Source of the DNA: Lepidodermella squamata | Taxonomy: Eukaryota > Animalia > Gastrotricha | Assembly (NCBI GenBank): GCA_047495785.1 | Contig: JBLDXI010000026.1 | Coordinates: 310,001-374,000, forward strand | Direction: 5' to 3' | Length of the DNA stretch: 64,000 nt | Shown: positions 48,540 to 61,477 of the stretch, piece after piece | Numbering within the stretch: position 1 is the stretch's first letter | Layout: the number at the start of each line of letters is the position of its first letter | Translations under genes and position numbers: made by a program | The notes under the pieces: generated by a model | What the model was told of the DNA's origin: nothing | The model's input: the letters and a program-made list of their open reading frames with translations, nothing else | Database searches by the model: none

Positions 48540-49979
48540 ATGCTCGAAATTGAACATGTATCATCGGAAAATCGAATCGTCCTCTGCAAGGTTATTCATC
48601 TTCTCTTCAGCTTCATTTAAATTTAAATTTCAGCCGAATCGTCACAGGTGTGTAGCAAGGTTGTGCCCAAGCGAAAATTCTTCCACCCTCGAGTATGCCA
48701 TGCCTGCCAAGTTTGTATTAATTATAAGCAATGATTATTGAATATTTTTCATTTTTTGAATGTCTCAGAAATTCTACATGCGTAAGATTGATCGTCGCTT
48801 TGAAATGGTGTGCTCTTCGGGCAGAATGAACTGTGACATCAGCTCAGACTTAAAGAAGTATTGTCACCGGTGCCGTCTTGAAAAATGCATTGCTGCGAGG
48901 AAGCATGGTGAACTAACAAAAAAGTAATCATATCCACCTGAGCTATTTTCGGTTCAAACTTAGGTAAGCGAAAGCTAACAGTCGAAAATTTGAAGGGTCA
49001 TGGCGAAGGTACTATCATTCAGAACCCCGAACCACTGGACCTTGAAGCAATGGAAACTGCGACTCGGCACTCAATAACAGGCCTAACTATTCTGCATGAC
49101 ATAGAAACTGTGAGTTTTCGATGAAAAAGTGATTGCAAAATCACAAATATCGCGATCTTGTGTTGCAGTTGCCATTGCGCCGTCGCACCGAACCATACGC
49201 GGACTTAGACCAACTTGTCTCGGATTTTACGGATGACCATGTGTCTCATCTTTACAACATGGGGCTGAAATATGGAGCTTTCATGAAGAGTGAGATCGAT
49301 ATTACGAGATTATACCTAACTTGTTACGATTTCTTTATTTAGGCTGTTTTAAGCTGTCGGATTCTGAAGTTGGCACAGCATTAGCCTATGGCTGGAGCAA
49401 AACAGTTTCAACTTTCTCGGCCCTGCCAAGCTGTCAGTGCTCATTGTTTGTGAGCAACGCCATTGTCCCGCAAATACGAGCGTTGTTCCCTGAATATAAG
49501 ATAAGAAATCACAACAAAATTCAATATTTCAAGTCGTCTTTTTTCTGTCAGCCAATGATGGAGGCAGAGAAGGAGCTTGCCTACGTCATCAACTGGTGGA
49601 AGCCGTCTCTTGCTCAGTTCTCCCTTCTCCTGACCTATCTGTTCCTCAGTGGTTCGTATTTGAGTGAAATTTTCATGAAGCCTTCATATACTCTCTCTGA
49701 TTAGCTGAAGCTGCCAGCTCAAGTCATCGGGTTGCTAAAGCTCGCGAAACAGTAAAAACTGCCCTGATTGTAATGATAAGTGGCTCAAACGATCCGGAGA
49801 AGATCAAATCGACTCCTGTTGACCGATTGATGTCAGCTCTCGACAATTTGTTGGTTTGTGCCCGAGCCGGCGTCGAAGCTACTGCGAACCGTCAACAACT
49901 GACATTCAAAAACAAACAACTCGAGATGCTTCTCGAACGACTGCCTGATGAAGCGGCCAAGCCTGAAATGACTGACTGA
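48540..49979 (+). CDS. Divergent nuclear receptor, tandem copy 1
   Basis: MLEIEHVSSENRIVLCK|VCSKVVPKRKFFHPRVCHACQ|KFYMRK...CSSGRMNC...CHRCRLEKC; LBD with WWKPSLAQFSLLLTYLF; ends LEMLLERLPDE. Confidence 0.82.
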
Positions 49980-50681
49980 CTCAGCTGGCTCTTCCCCATT
50001 TCGAACTAATTTTCAGTGAATCTATGAAATAATAAATAGATTATCAAGATTATTAAGACTTCGCTTGATTACAGGGACTTGATTACACGTTTAGAGTTAC
50101 ACTTTTGTATTTTAATTTAAAAATTCCCATTTTCAAAGCCGATAAGCTTCCTCCAAGCGCACACTCTGATTGGTCCGTAGCGCACTGAAAGGAAAAAGGC
50201 TAATTTTTTTTGAAAATATGAAAAATTATAAATTCGAGACTGAAGTTTCGATAATTGATCACCCTCGAGCGTCGACGCAAGCCTGAAGACAAATTAGTAT
50301 GATAACTATATGATAATTGCGGGCTTGTCGGTCCGTCTGGCCCTGATGCTTCCTTCGTTCATGCGATCGAGTCACACTTCACATGGAGCTATATTTTTTC
50401 TCGGCAAAATAACAGTGGTTTGAAAGAAATTAAAAAAATCGAAAAATAAAATGAATTTCTTTGATTCCGCGAATCCTTTCCGCAAATTTTTGAAAAAATT
50501 CCTTGCTTCATAATCGCTGTTTTTTCCACAAACAATAGCCGTAAAATTCTCAATTTAATATTCGTAGCGTTTTATAAAATTTTGAAATAAATCGCTTCAC
50601 TCAGCAATGCCCAGAGCGTGAGAGTTTGAAAATCGTCGTAATTTCCTGGTTAACTTTCAATTCTGTAATCCGTATAAAGCA

Positions 50682-50964
50682 TAATAATAATAATAATAAT
50701 GACTTTATTTATACTCCTTACGACTAAACGTCTCTAACGGTTTCCCGTTTTGAAGGAGTGGGCATTTTACTGCCTAACACAGACACACAGGGAATCATGC
50801 GCACACATAGGCTTTGCGCACACATGTCCAGGTCTGGGAGCTGGGGCGAAGCGACTTGCTCAAGGCCGCAACACTTTTTGGTGTTGCTGTGTGGGCAGCT
50901 GGAATCGAACGCACGACCTTCATGATGATGAGGGGGCGCTCGATCCACTGCGCCACTGTGTTCC
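50682..50964 (-). mobile_element. tRNA-derived SINE with CORE-like segment and (ATT)n tail
   Basis: Minus strand shows A-box TGGCGCAGTGG, B-box GTTCGATTCC, CCTTGAGCAAGTCGCTT, then AATAAAG and an (ATT)n tail. TSD CCGTATAAAGCA at 50670-50681 and 50965-50976. Confidence 0.85.
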
Positions 50965-52212
50965 CCGTATAAAGCAAAACGCATTAAATTGCGAGGAAAA
51001 ATTCGCTGACTACTGAGAATTTTTTATCATTTTTATCCCGATTCCTTTTTTTTTATTTTTTCTGATGATTATTATTTTAATAATTCGATACGCTTTTCAA
51101 TGAAGACCTTAGTATTTTTTGTTCTTTGACGAAGAGTTAAAATTTCGTGATTATTCGTGGCTCTAACCTTAATCCATAATCGAAAAATTAGGCAATTGGA
51201 AGCCCGTTAAAATTGATTAATACCCACATGAGAAGATTAATTCTTCTGTTTTCAAGAGTATTAGCTCTATTTCCCTACATTTCTACGAACGGCGACAAAG
51301 TCGGGCTTGGGGTTGTTTGATCGGGAAAAACTCTGTGGTCTGGGCCTTTTCGCGTAAAATAGAAGCGCGTAGAAGCGTTATTTGACAGTTTTTTATCCGC
51401 GGTTTCTCTCCACTCTAGACACGGCGTCGGAAATTAACGAGGATCACGTGGTTCCATGTCGTAATATCGCGTGCGGGGAACGACTCGGCTAAAATAGAAA
51501 CTAATGGCGTTATACTATTTTTGCATCTCCACCGAGTCAGTCGCGTGCCGGCAAAACTGCATTGCGCCAGTTTTTTCTCAAACGCATCGAACGCATTACG
51601 CCATTTGTTTCTATTTTAGGCTATTTCTGTCGCCCATGCCGCGATATATTAGTCAAAGCTCAAAGCCATATCTCAGACACGCCCATTTGCGCAATTCGAA
51701 ATAACGGGGTCGATTGGTTCTTCTGTAACATCGGCGGTGACCTGTTTTACTGGAGTTTTAAAACATTTTTCCGGTACAAATTGCGGCTAGACGGTGGTGT
51801 GTCCGGACGCATTTTGTTGATTGAACCCTAAACCGACCGATTTCAAACGACAAAAGGAGGAGGGTCGGTAAGGGGCAAATGATTGAAAATGAACGAAACT
51901 TCAATGCAAAATGTTCAGAATTTTCAGAATTAGTGGCGCCAAACGTCATTTTTTGGCTCATATCTGGCAAATTCGCGGCAAAGTCAAGACATCCTCGAAC
52001 CTCCAACGACGAAACAGGTATCAGAATCTGTCAAGAAAATGTAGGTGCGACGACGGCAAGGCATTGCAAAATCGAAAAAGCCAATGGCGGCATTTTGCAA
52101 AACAAATTCAGACTTTGCAAATTTTTCACCTAATTTTTTTGAAAAAAAAAAAAAAAAAATATAAATTCGGTAATTTATCTTCGATATTTCTTGAATTTGA
52201 CGCTTTTTTCAC

Positions 52213-52466
52213 GGTTCTATGTCAATTGAGCAAACGAAAATAGAGCAAGGGCTTTTGAGCAACGATATTCGACTTTTCGGCAAAATGAGATAAGAGCAAA
52301 ACGACACGACAGCAAATTCAATAATTAATTGCAGCTGTTATTTATTGTAAATAAAATTTGCTCTCGTGTCGTTTTGCTCTAATTTCGTTTGCTCTAATAT
52401 CGTTGCTCAAAAGCCCTTGCTCTATTTTTGTTGCCCAATTTTCGTTTGCTCAATTGACATTGAACC
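52213..52466. mobile_element. MITE family B with GG...CC termini
   Basis: TIRs GGTTCTATGTCAATTGAGCAAACGAAAAT and ATTTTCGTTTGCTCAATTGACATTGAACC; flanks TTTTTCAC and TTTTTCGC (8-bp TSD, one mismatch). Confidence 0.8.
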
Positions 52467-53119
52467 TTTTTCGCAGGAACTGATGTTTGAAACTTGAGGT
52501 TTGAATTTCGCGCGGTCCAATAAGGATATTTCTTGTGCACAAATTCTCAGAATTTTCAATCGTCACCGTATCATCCTATAGCTCTCGGACGTTTTGATTA
52601 TTCTGCGTAATTTCTACAACTATTTTCAGCTCTTTTCGGCGGATTTTACCTGTCACCTGCCAACCGGCCTTCAACGATATCACAATTTCGACAATTGAAT
52701 TCCTCAATTTTCTCCGAACTAAATGTCTATGAATAAAAATGTGACAATAATTGGGATGGCTCATCCCACTCCTCCTCTGTTCGGTAACGTCTGAGTTTTG
52801 TCTTGAAATAAAAATCAGCATTCGTGATGTGTAGTAAAAGTCTCTTTTGTGCGTACCGTATAGGTGCAGAAACATGACACACGCATATTAAAGTTTTGTC
52901 TTGGTTGACCTAGACGGTTATTATTGACACACATCGATTATAACACGTGCTGTCTACGCTGTATAAATCGATGGGTATATGAATGACTGAAAATGCATGA
53001 CTGACACGCGACGAGCTCACATTGAAAATACAAGTGCGTCCTATTTATTGACCCGTTCTCGTTTTTAAGGCTTCAAGCATTATAAAACGCATCAAACGAT
53101 TATACCACAGCTTCTCCCG

Positions 53120-56100
53120 ATGGAACAGAAAATAACGGAGAATCGGATCATCTTGTGCAAGGTTTTTTAACTCGAAATTATCTGAATTCACCTTCAACTG
53201 AATCGTCACAGGTTTGTAGCAAGGTTGTGCCAAAGCGAAAATTATTCAACCCTCGCGTATGCCATGCCTGTCAGGTACGTATCATCGACCATAGAGAATA
53301 GAATGATTAGAGTAGAAACTCACAGCTGAATCATTATGGCAACAATTATTTCGCGCAAAAAAAATTAAGGCGTGCTTTTCAACTTTTTTTACTCATTTTT
53401 CAATCAGATTTTAGTGTATGAAATGCCAAAAATCAGCTAAAAATGAGAGAAGTTTGCGTTGTGATTTCTGATAACGGAAATTTCACTTCGAGCTGATATT
53501 TTGACGCCTTAAAAATTAATACCCAAGAATTTCAGTGATATCAAATATGAGGTGGGTATATACGAAGTTTTCTTTCATATATAAGTATTCATATGTATGA
53601 CAAATCACCTTACATGCATATTTTCTTTCATAAAATCCTGCCTTTTCGCCAAACGATGATTAGTCGTTTAGTGTCGGGGTTCGGGTAAGGGTTAGGGTTA
53701 GGCAGTGCTTTGAATTTTATTTAGACCCTATTTTCTCTGATTTAGATTAGAAATGATTGATTTATGGGGGAAAGCATTTTGATTTGATTGATTATGATTT
53801 AGCCTTGGGGTTGCAATTAAATAAGTTATACCGGGAAGCTAAGATCTTTCCTCTTTTTTGATGGAAATTCGCTTTAGAAAGTGACAGTGGTTTCACGTTC
53901 TCGGTATTTTATCCATTTCCTGACATTTCGAAGCACCAAGCTTCATGAAAATCGAGATGCTTCGCCATTTATGGCGATTTATAGGTGTCAATGATTTGAT
54001 TTGATTGATTTAGTCCTGGAAAATTGGGACAATTATTGATTTTGATTGATTGAAGGATGTTCGTGATTTAAGCTGTAAATAAAATAAAATCAAATCCAAA
54101 GCTCTGGGGTTAGGTTTTGGTTGGGTTAGGGTTCAAGGTTAAGGTTAGGGTTAGGTTTAGTTCGAGGTTCGGTTTTCTATGAAGTTCGATTTTTAGGCCC
54201 CTAATAACCTTCCCACTTCCCCAATAACCATTTTCAAGCGAAAATAATTGACTACGCTTTCGCAACCTCGTTTTTCTTTTATATGAACCGAAGACTAGTC
54301 GTCTTACATTTCCCGAATGTTTTCATCTCGAATTTAATGAATAAAAATATGTATGAAAGATTGCTCCCAAAAAATAGTGAAAATTTGGAAGAAAAATCAG
54401 TTCAATAATTTAATTTTACGTGCATTTTTGCATGTGATTTTTAAACAGAAAATTAAGGCGAGATTTTTACGACTGCCATTCTCGTTTCTTAAAAATAATT
54501 TCCGCTTCAAAACTGGAGCTCGAGTTTCTAATCTTATAATTCTATTATCTTTGGTACCACAACAAAATAAATTTTTTACGAAATTCATAATTCATACTTC
54601 AGAAATTCTACATTCGCAAAATTGAGCACCGCTTTGAAATGGTATGCTCGACTGGCAACATGAACTGCGATATCAGCTCAAACCCTAAGAAGACTTGCAG
54701 CCGCTGCCGTCTTGAACGATGCATCGCCGCTCGGAAGAACGGTGAACATTATATTATATCGATTAATTGCACCGGACTTACGGATTTTTTTCCTACTAAA
54801 AGGTGGCACTTTGAAGCCTGAAAATTCGAAGAAGGGCGCTATCATTCAGAACCCTGATCCCTTCGATCTAACAGAATTGGAAACTGTGACTCGAAACTCA
54901 ATAACAGGCTTAACTGTTCTGCATGGCATGGAAACTGTGAGTATTCAATATTCGATTTTAATAATTCCGAAACTGAAATTTAAACCGTGAATAGTTGCCA
55001 CTTCGCCGCCGCACCGAGCCGTATTCGGACTTGAACCAGCTAGCTACGGATTTTACGGTGGATCTTGTGTCCCAGGTTTACAACATGGGGCTGAAATATG
55101 GAGCTTTTATGAAAAGTTAGCTCAACATTTTTATATATTTTTTGTCTATTACTCACTGTCTCTTCATGTGGATTTAGGCTGTTTCAAGCTGTCGGAGTCT
55201 GAAGTTGGCTTAGCATTAACCTATGGCTGGAGCAAAGTGATTTCGGCTTTTTCAGCCTTGCCAAGCTGCCAGTGCTCCATGTTCGTTAGCAGCGCAGTCG
55301 TCCCGCAAATACGGGCTTTGTATCCTGAATATTCGGTAAGAAATTCGCGTAAAATTCGCGCTTAAAATATACCAGAAATTCTGCATTGGTTCTTTCAATT
55401 TTTCATTTAATTTGATTTCACTTGAAAATTTGGAAAATTTTAATTTTAATGAATTAACCTCAACTAAATTAAATTATTTTATATTTCTTATTTTTACGAA
55501 TATCTTTCAGTGGAACTAAATTTTTGTTGCGAAAACTAAATCGAGTGCAAAATTGATGGGGGAAAATGACAAGCCTATATACAGCGTGCCCCATAAGCCA
55601 TAAGTAACGCAAGGATAGGAAATTCGCGGAAAAGGTTCAGAAACTCAAGAATGAGAGACAAAGCCACATCTCAAGGCCGGAATAATTTCAAAAAAATTGA
55701 AAACATCCGCAGAATATTAATACTGTATGTCACATTTTAATTTTTAATGGGATCGAAAAAATTCCGGAGAAATTTGGTCCAACCGGGTAAAATGCCAATA
55801 TAGCGAACCATTTACTATCGGGATATCCGGTAAATTTTTATTCCTACGGTTAAATCACGGATAAAAGATGAACTTTTCTCTCGTTAGGTTCGATTTAAAA
55901 AATAATTTTATTTAATTTCCTTAACAAAAATCAGCAAATTAAAAATAGTTGCGCTGGGACAAGCTGTTAATGAAAGGAGCAATTTTCGAATCCGTAATTT
56001 CTTTTACCCGAAACAAATTAACGGTGAGCGGACCTAATTTGCCGTAGCGGAACCAAAATTGCTGTTAGCGGCACCAAATTTTGGAATTTTGTACTAGCCT

Positions 56101-56851
56101 GATATCCCTTTTCGGATATTTCGGATGGCCAAGATTAACCACAATAATTATACAAAATCACCAGTAAATTCAGCGTAAAATCCTCTAATAAGATAAGGTG
56201 TTCGGTTCAGAACCCATTCATCGCCTAAAATTCATAGAATTATTGAAAAAATGACCGCGGGAAAATTTCGATTTTAGTTCCGCCATGTGCAAAATATGTA
56301 AAATTCCATTAATTTGCATTAAAATTCGTAGGTAATTAATGCGGTAATATTTTGCTTCATAAGTCGATGTTATTACATATGTGAGGGCTTCTAAAGACAA
56401 TATAAATTTATGAGACCCTTTTTATTTTCAGCCCTGGATGGAGGCAGAGAAGGAGCTTGCCTACGTCGTTAATTGGTGGAAGCCTTCTCTTGCTCAGTTC
56501 TCGCTTCTGCTCACCTATCTGTTCCTCAGTGGTTCGTTAATTTGTGTGAAACTTAGCCCAACTTTCATTAACTTCATCATCCCAGCTGAAGCGGCCAGCT
56601 CAAGTCCTCGTGTTGCCGAAGCTCGGGAAACGGTAAAAGCCGCTCTGATGCTATTGACAAGTGGCATGGACGATCCTGATGAGATGAAATCGACTCCTGT
56701 TAACCAAGTGATGTTCGCATTGCAAAACGTGTTAATTTGCGCCCGAGCTGGCCTGGAAGCTACTTCGGCGCGTCAGCAGGTCATTTACAAAGACCGGCAA
56801 CTCGAAATGCTCCTCGAACGACTGCCCGATGAAGTAGCCAAACCAAAGTGA
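53120..56851 (+). CDS. Divergent nuclear receptor, tandem copy 2 (two enlarged introns)
   Basis: MEQKITENRIILCK|VCSKVVPKRKLFNPRVCHACQ|...; same exon structure as copies 1 and 3, with introns ~53276-54603 and ~55336-56431 expanded. Confidence 0.82.
53703..54106. mobile_element. hAT-like MITE (CAG termini, 8-bp TSD) inserted in a TTAGGG-like tract
   Basis: Ends CAGTGCTTTG and CAAAGCTCTG; exact GGGTTAGG direct repeats at 53695-53702 and 54107-54114. Confidence 0.8.
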
Positions 56852-57868
56852 CTGGCTGATTTTTTCTTCGACCAAAGCCATAAACTGTTGTGAAACAATG
56901 ACATGAAATAAAACTTATCTTTGCTGATCCAGCATGTATCCATTTACTGATAGATATTTAAAAATTATTCTAAAAATGCCCCTCCTTATTAAATAAAGGC
57001 TCAATTTTCGAGGGAGACATAAACAATAATATATATTTTTATTGTTTTAAACAAAAAAACCCGCTACAATCAATTGAGAGCAGTCGCCGCTAACGACGCT
57101 GAAATTTTTAGATTAATCTATGGTTAATTGAATTAGTTTAGATTGGCTGTAAAGCTATTTGGTAGGCTTGTGTATATAGGAAGGAATTCAAAATCCGGTT
57201 ACTACGGCTGGCTTTTTTCACTTTTGTCAGGCGATTTATCGCAATATTTCGAATGTCGCTCGTTACCGGAATGATCTCGAAAATCCGACTCTACTACCGC
57301 ATGCTAGGCTTTGTACCCGTGAATGTGAAGCGCGAATCGCGAATACTACACACTGCCCTGTCCACCTTCTACGTCCAAGAGACCGCAGTTCCCGCACGTC
57401 ATGTGGACCTGGCTCAAGCTCAAGGTTCGACTCAACCTGAAACTCAACAGCAACCCGCTGAACTTCATGCTTAGGGTACACGAAAATATTCCGGCCGTCG
57501 ACCCAGCTGTAAACAACGCCTTAAACTACGCACCGCCTCCTCCTCCGTCTCCTCCCACGCTGGAGGAACATGGATGTTTTCGCTCCTCCTCCGTTTTCGC
57601 TGAGCTACAACCCGCCCAGGCGCACTTCGTAGCCGGACTTCATCATCTAGCTCTTCAGTTTGACGATGCTGCCATCGACGCGCCGCCAGCAAATCAGCCG
57701 ATGTGGGAAGGTGATGTGAATGGTCAGGCGATGGGTGGAGGAAGTTCGAGCAGCTCCGAGAGATATCTATGCCGCGAGTTGGTGCCGCCGAAGAACCAGA
57801 TTAGGCGGATGAAGAACTACTTGCTATTTTCAACATTTACATTGATTTATCTAATTATTGTTGTATAG

Positions 57869-58490
57869 TTGAAGGCGGCTTATGACTCGGTCTGGCACGC
57901 TGGCCTTGTGCACCGCCTCTGCGGACTTCCTCTCCCGCGGAACCTAATCGGATGGCTCACAGACTATCTGCGCGACCGCAAACGTTCGCCTGGCTGACCG
58001 CGTTCGCATCACCGATCTCGAGCGGCGCTGTCGCCTGCCCAGCCTTTCGGATTTTTTCTCCCAAGTTCAAGTCCGCAACGCCGAGAACTCCCGCAGACAT
58101 GTGCTGCCACTTCGCGAGCAAATCGAAGGCGCCCGCTTGCGTCCGCCAACCGCGATGAAGTCGCCAGTAGTCGTCCTCCATGACTGCCTGTCGTCAGGCC
58201 CGCCTGTCATAGTCCACCCTTTACCCTTTATTCCTTGTTCTTTGTTTCTTTCCGCTCATCATTTCTGTTCATGCTCTTCTCTTCATCCTCTGTGATTTAT
58301 GTTGTACTCTGTCTTCTGAACTGTTCTACCTATCTACCTGCACCCGATAAAGCTTAAGCTGCTGATAATTAATTCCTTAATGTCTCCCCACTAGTGTCTT
58401 CCGCGAACTGTTTGAGATCTCAGACAATCGCGTGTCCTCTTTGTGCCGGCGCCTTGTCTGACATGTCTTTTTATTGTTGTTATTTTCTGC
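57869..58490 (+). mobile_element. Truncated, internally deleted non-LTR retrotransposon (LINE) remnant
   Basis: LKAAYDSVWHAGLVHRLCGLPLPRNLIGWLTDYLRDR resembles the LINE RT motif KAFDxVWHxGL...WIxxFLxxR, followed by a pyrimidine-rich 3'UTR-like region. Confidence 0.7.
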
Positions 58491-58655
58491 CTCTAAATTT
58501 AATTTGTAAGTCAAATGAGGAAAAATAAAAAAGATTTTCGTTCGTTTCGTTCGTTAATCGTTAATGTTGTAATTTCCGCCCTTGCTACTTATGTTAATTA
58601 TGCTATTAATCGCTAGATTTATTGTTGATTATTCGGAAAAATGACATTAGGACAT

Positions 58656-58865
58656 GTCATTAGCGTCGTGTTGAAAAACTCGGATTAAGGCTTGTCTACG
58701 TCAGTTTCAAGGTGACAAGTGAAATGCCATTCGTGTTTGCTCCATTTTCGATTCAGAAATAAACATTCAAGTAAGAAAACACCGCTATTTACTTGTCACC
58801 CGTCACCTGGAAACTGACGTAAACAAGCCTAAATCCGAGTTTTTTAACGACGATAACGATATGAC
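58656..58865. repeat. Palindromic (MITE-like) element
   Basis: AAAAACTCGGATTAAGGCTTGTCTACGTCAGTTTCAAGGTGAC pairs with GTCACCTGGAAACTGACGTAAACAAGCCTAAATCCGAGTTTTT. Confidence 0.7.
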
Positions 58866-60029
58866 GCTGCCATTTAAACAAATAAAATTCGGACAGATGG
58901 GTTTTTGTTGGTCGTTTTTTGGGACCTAAATTCACCGTTTATGAAATTCGGACACATGCATAAAATCCCTCAAAATGTTGAATATCAGAGAATTGTTGGA
59001 ACTTTAATTTTCATCATCATAATCAAGTTTTGTCCCGCGCTTCAACTTAAAACTTTGAATTTAATTAAACAGGTGTCTAATTACTTTGCGCATGCATTAG
59101 TTTTAGCAAAACTATAAACCATCAAATTAAAAAAGTTGAGCGAAGCATTGAGAAGTTTGAAGAAATCGTTGACCATGATATGCGGTTAGGGGCACTGAAA
59201 ATTCAGTGTCCATGTCAATTTGAAGGTCACGTGTGACATGTCATAACTAAATGATAAATTACTTAATCCCGTATTGAATTTCATGATAATACTACTCGAT
59301 ATTTAGTTATAGTCTCTGGTTACTACTAAGCCCAGCTTTCATTAATATACGATATATGCCAGTTCATATTACAATGAAAATTCCCTAATCGATTTAGAGG
59401 TGAAAAATCGTGCTACAGTGAAACGCGAATAAGGGCGGAAATACGGCAAGTGTGAGGTTTGCACTTTTACGCAAATGAACGGACATTATCAACGGCTTTT
59501 TTATTTATCATCTCCGTACTGACTCGAGCAAACTTCAACGATGTTAATTTTGATAATGGGTGCCTCAGAAGGGATTAAAGCTCCGATTTTTCTTGGAACT
59601 ACAAGTCGTTGCATAAACATTTGAAATAACTGAGCTGGCTGTTCGTCTAGTACATGTCATAATTTTGCCATTGAAAAGCAGCTTTCGAGTCTGTAATGGT
59701 TTCATTCTTGCAGACTATAAGCGCAGACGTCTGACGTTGGCCTAATATTTCTGCTAAATTTGTCTTGGCTAAGTTTTTGTACCTAGGCCTTAAACCATCG
59801 ATTATAACGCGTGCTGTCTGCATTGTAAAAATCGATGAGCCTATGAATGAAATATATTACAGACACGCGCACGACATGCTCACATGAAAAACAAGTTGTG
59901 TGCGTCCTATATCCCGACCCATTTAAATACCAGTTCTCATTCTTTATTGTCAAAACATAATATATAACCAGTAGGGTCGCAAGATAAATTCGTTTAACTA
60001 ATACAACTTCATCTCGCCGATTAAAACAG

Positions 60030-61477
60030 ATGGAGCAGACAACTTCGGAGAATCGCGTCATTCTGTGCAAGGTTTTTCTACTTGTTTTCCGAACTTCTTT
60101 CTCTTTCAACCGAATCATCACAGGTTTGTAGCAAGGTTGTGCCTAAGCGAAAATTCTTCAGCCCTCGCGTATGCCATGCCTGTCAGGTATGTTTTAATCA
60201 ACTGCTCCGAAGGATCAATTGAATGATGTATTTTGCAGAAATTCTACATCCGTAAGATTGACCACCGCTTTGAAATGGTGTGCTCGACAGGCAAATTGAA
60301 CTGCGATATCAGCTCAAACCCTAAGAAGACTTGCAACCGCTGCCGTCTTGAACGATGCATTGCCGCTCGGAAGAACGGTGAAATTAACCCTTAACAATTA
60401 TATCCACGCGAATTATCGATTTTTCCCCTATCTCAAAGGTGCGAGGAAGGACACTCTAAAACCTGAAAATGCGAAGGATTTTAGCGAGGGCACTATCATA
60501 CAGAACCCGGAGCTCTTTGACCTCGGAGAGATGGAAACTGCGACTCGAAACTCAATAACAGGCTTAACGGTTCTACATGGCATGGAAACTGTGAGTATTC
60601 AGTTGAAATAATTCAATTGAAATACATTTCGTTTCCGTGAAAAGTTGCCACTACGCCGCTGCACTGAGCCATATTCGGACTTGAACCAACTAGCTTCGGA
60701 ATTTACGATGGATCACGTGTCCCAGGTTTACAACATGGGGCTGAAATATGGAGCTTTCATAAAGAGTGAGCTCAACTTTTTTCTACGTAGGTAATATGTT
60801 AATGTCTGCATCTTGATTCAGACTGTTATAAGCTGTCAGATGCTGAAGTTAATTCAGCATTAGCTTCTGGTTGGAGCAAAACGATTTCGGTTTTTTCAGC
60901 ATTGCCAAGCTGTCAGTGCTCCTTGTTTGTAAGCAACGTCGTCGCTCCCCAGATACAAGCTTTATTTCCTGAATATACGGTAAGAAATAACTCGAATAAA
61001 TGATTCCGAAAAATTCGTATAATATGGTTCTGTTAATTTGTATCATTTGATTCAACAATTCTAGCCAATGATGGAGGCGGAGAAGGAACTTGGATACGTC
61101 ATCAACTGGTGGAAGCCTTCTCTTGCTCAGTTCTCGCTTCTGTTGACCTATCTGTTCCTCAGTGGTTTGTATTTGCTATGAAGCTAGCCATATTTTACCT
61201 GCGTTTTTCAGCTGAAGCTGCCAGCTCAAGTCCTCGAGTTGCTAAAGCTCGGGAAACAGTAAAAACAGCCCTAACGGTATTGACAAGTGGCATGGACGAC
61301 CCTGATGAGATCAAATCGACTCCTGTCAACCAATTGATGCTAGCTCTAGAAAACGTCTTAGTCTGCGCTCGAGCCGGCGTTGAAGCTACGGCAGCCCGTC
61401 AGCAGCTTACATTCAAACACAGACAACTCGAAATGCTCCTCGAACGACTGCCCGATGAAGTGGCCAAGCCGAAGTGA
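60030..61477 (+). CDS. Divergent nuclear receptor, tandem copy 3
   Basis: MEQTTSENRVILCK|VCSKVVPKRKFFSPRVCHACQ|KFYIRK...CNRCRLERC; LBD exons colinear with copies 1 and 2. Confidence 0.82.

Noticed and set aside
50890-50966. Possible tRNA gene
   Set aside because: It continues into a CORE-like body, an ATT tail and a TSD, so it is a SINE head.
53685-54160. True telomere or chromosome fusion site
   Set aside because: Short, degenerate, single-orientation and intronic within an intact gene.
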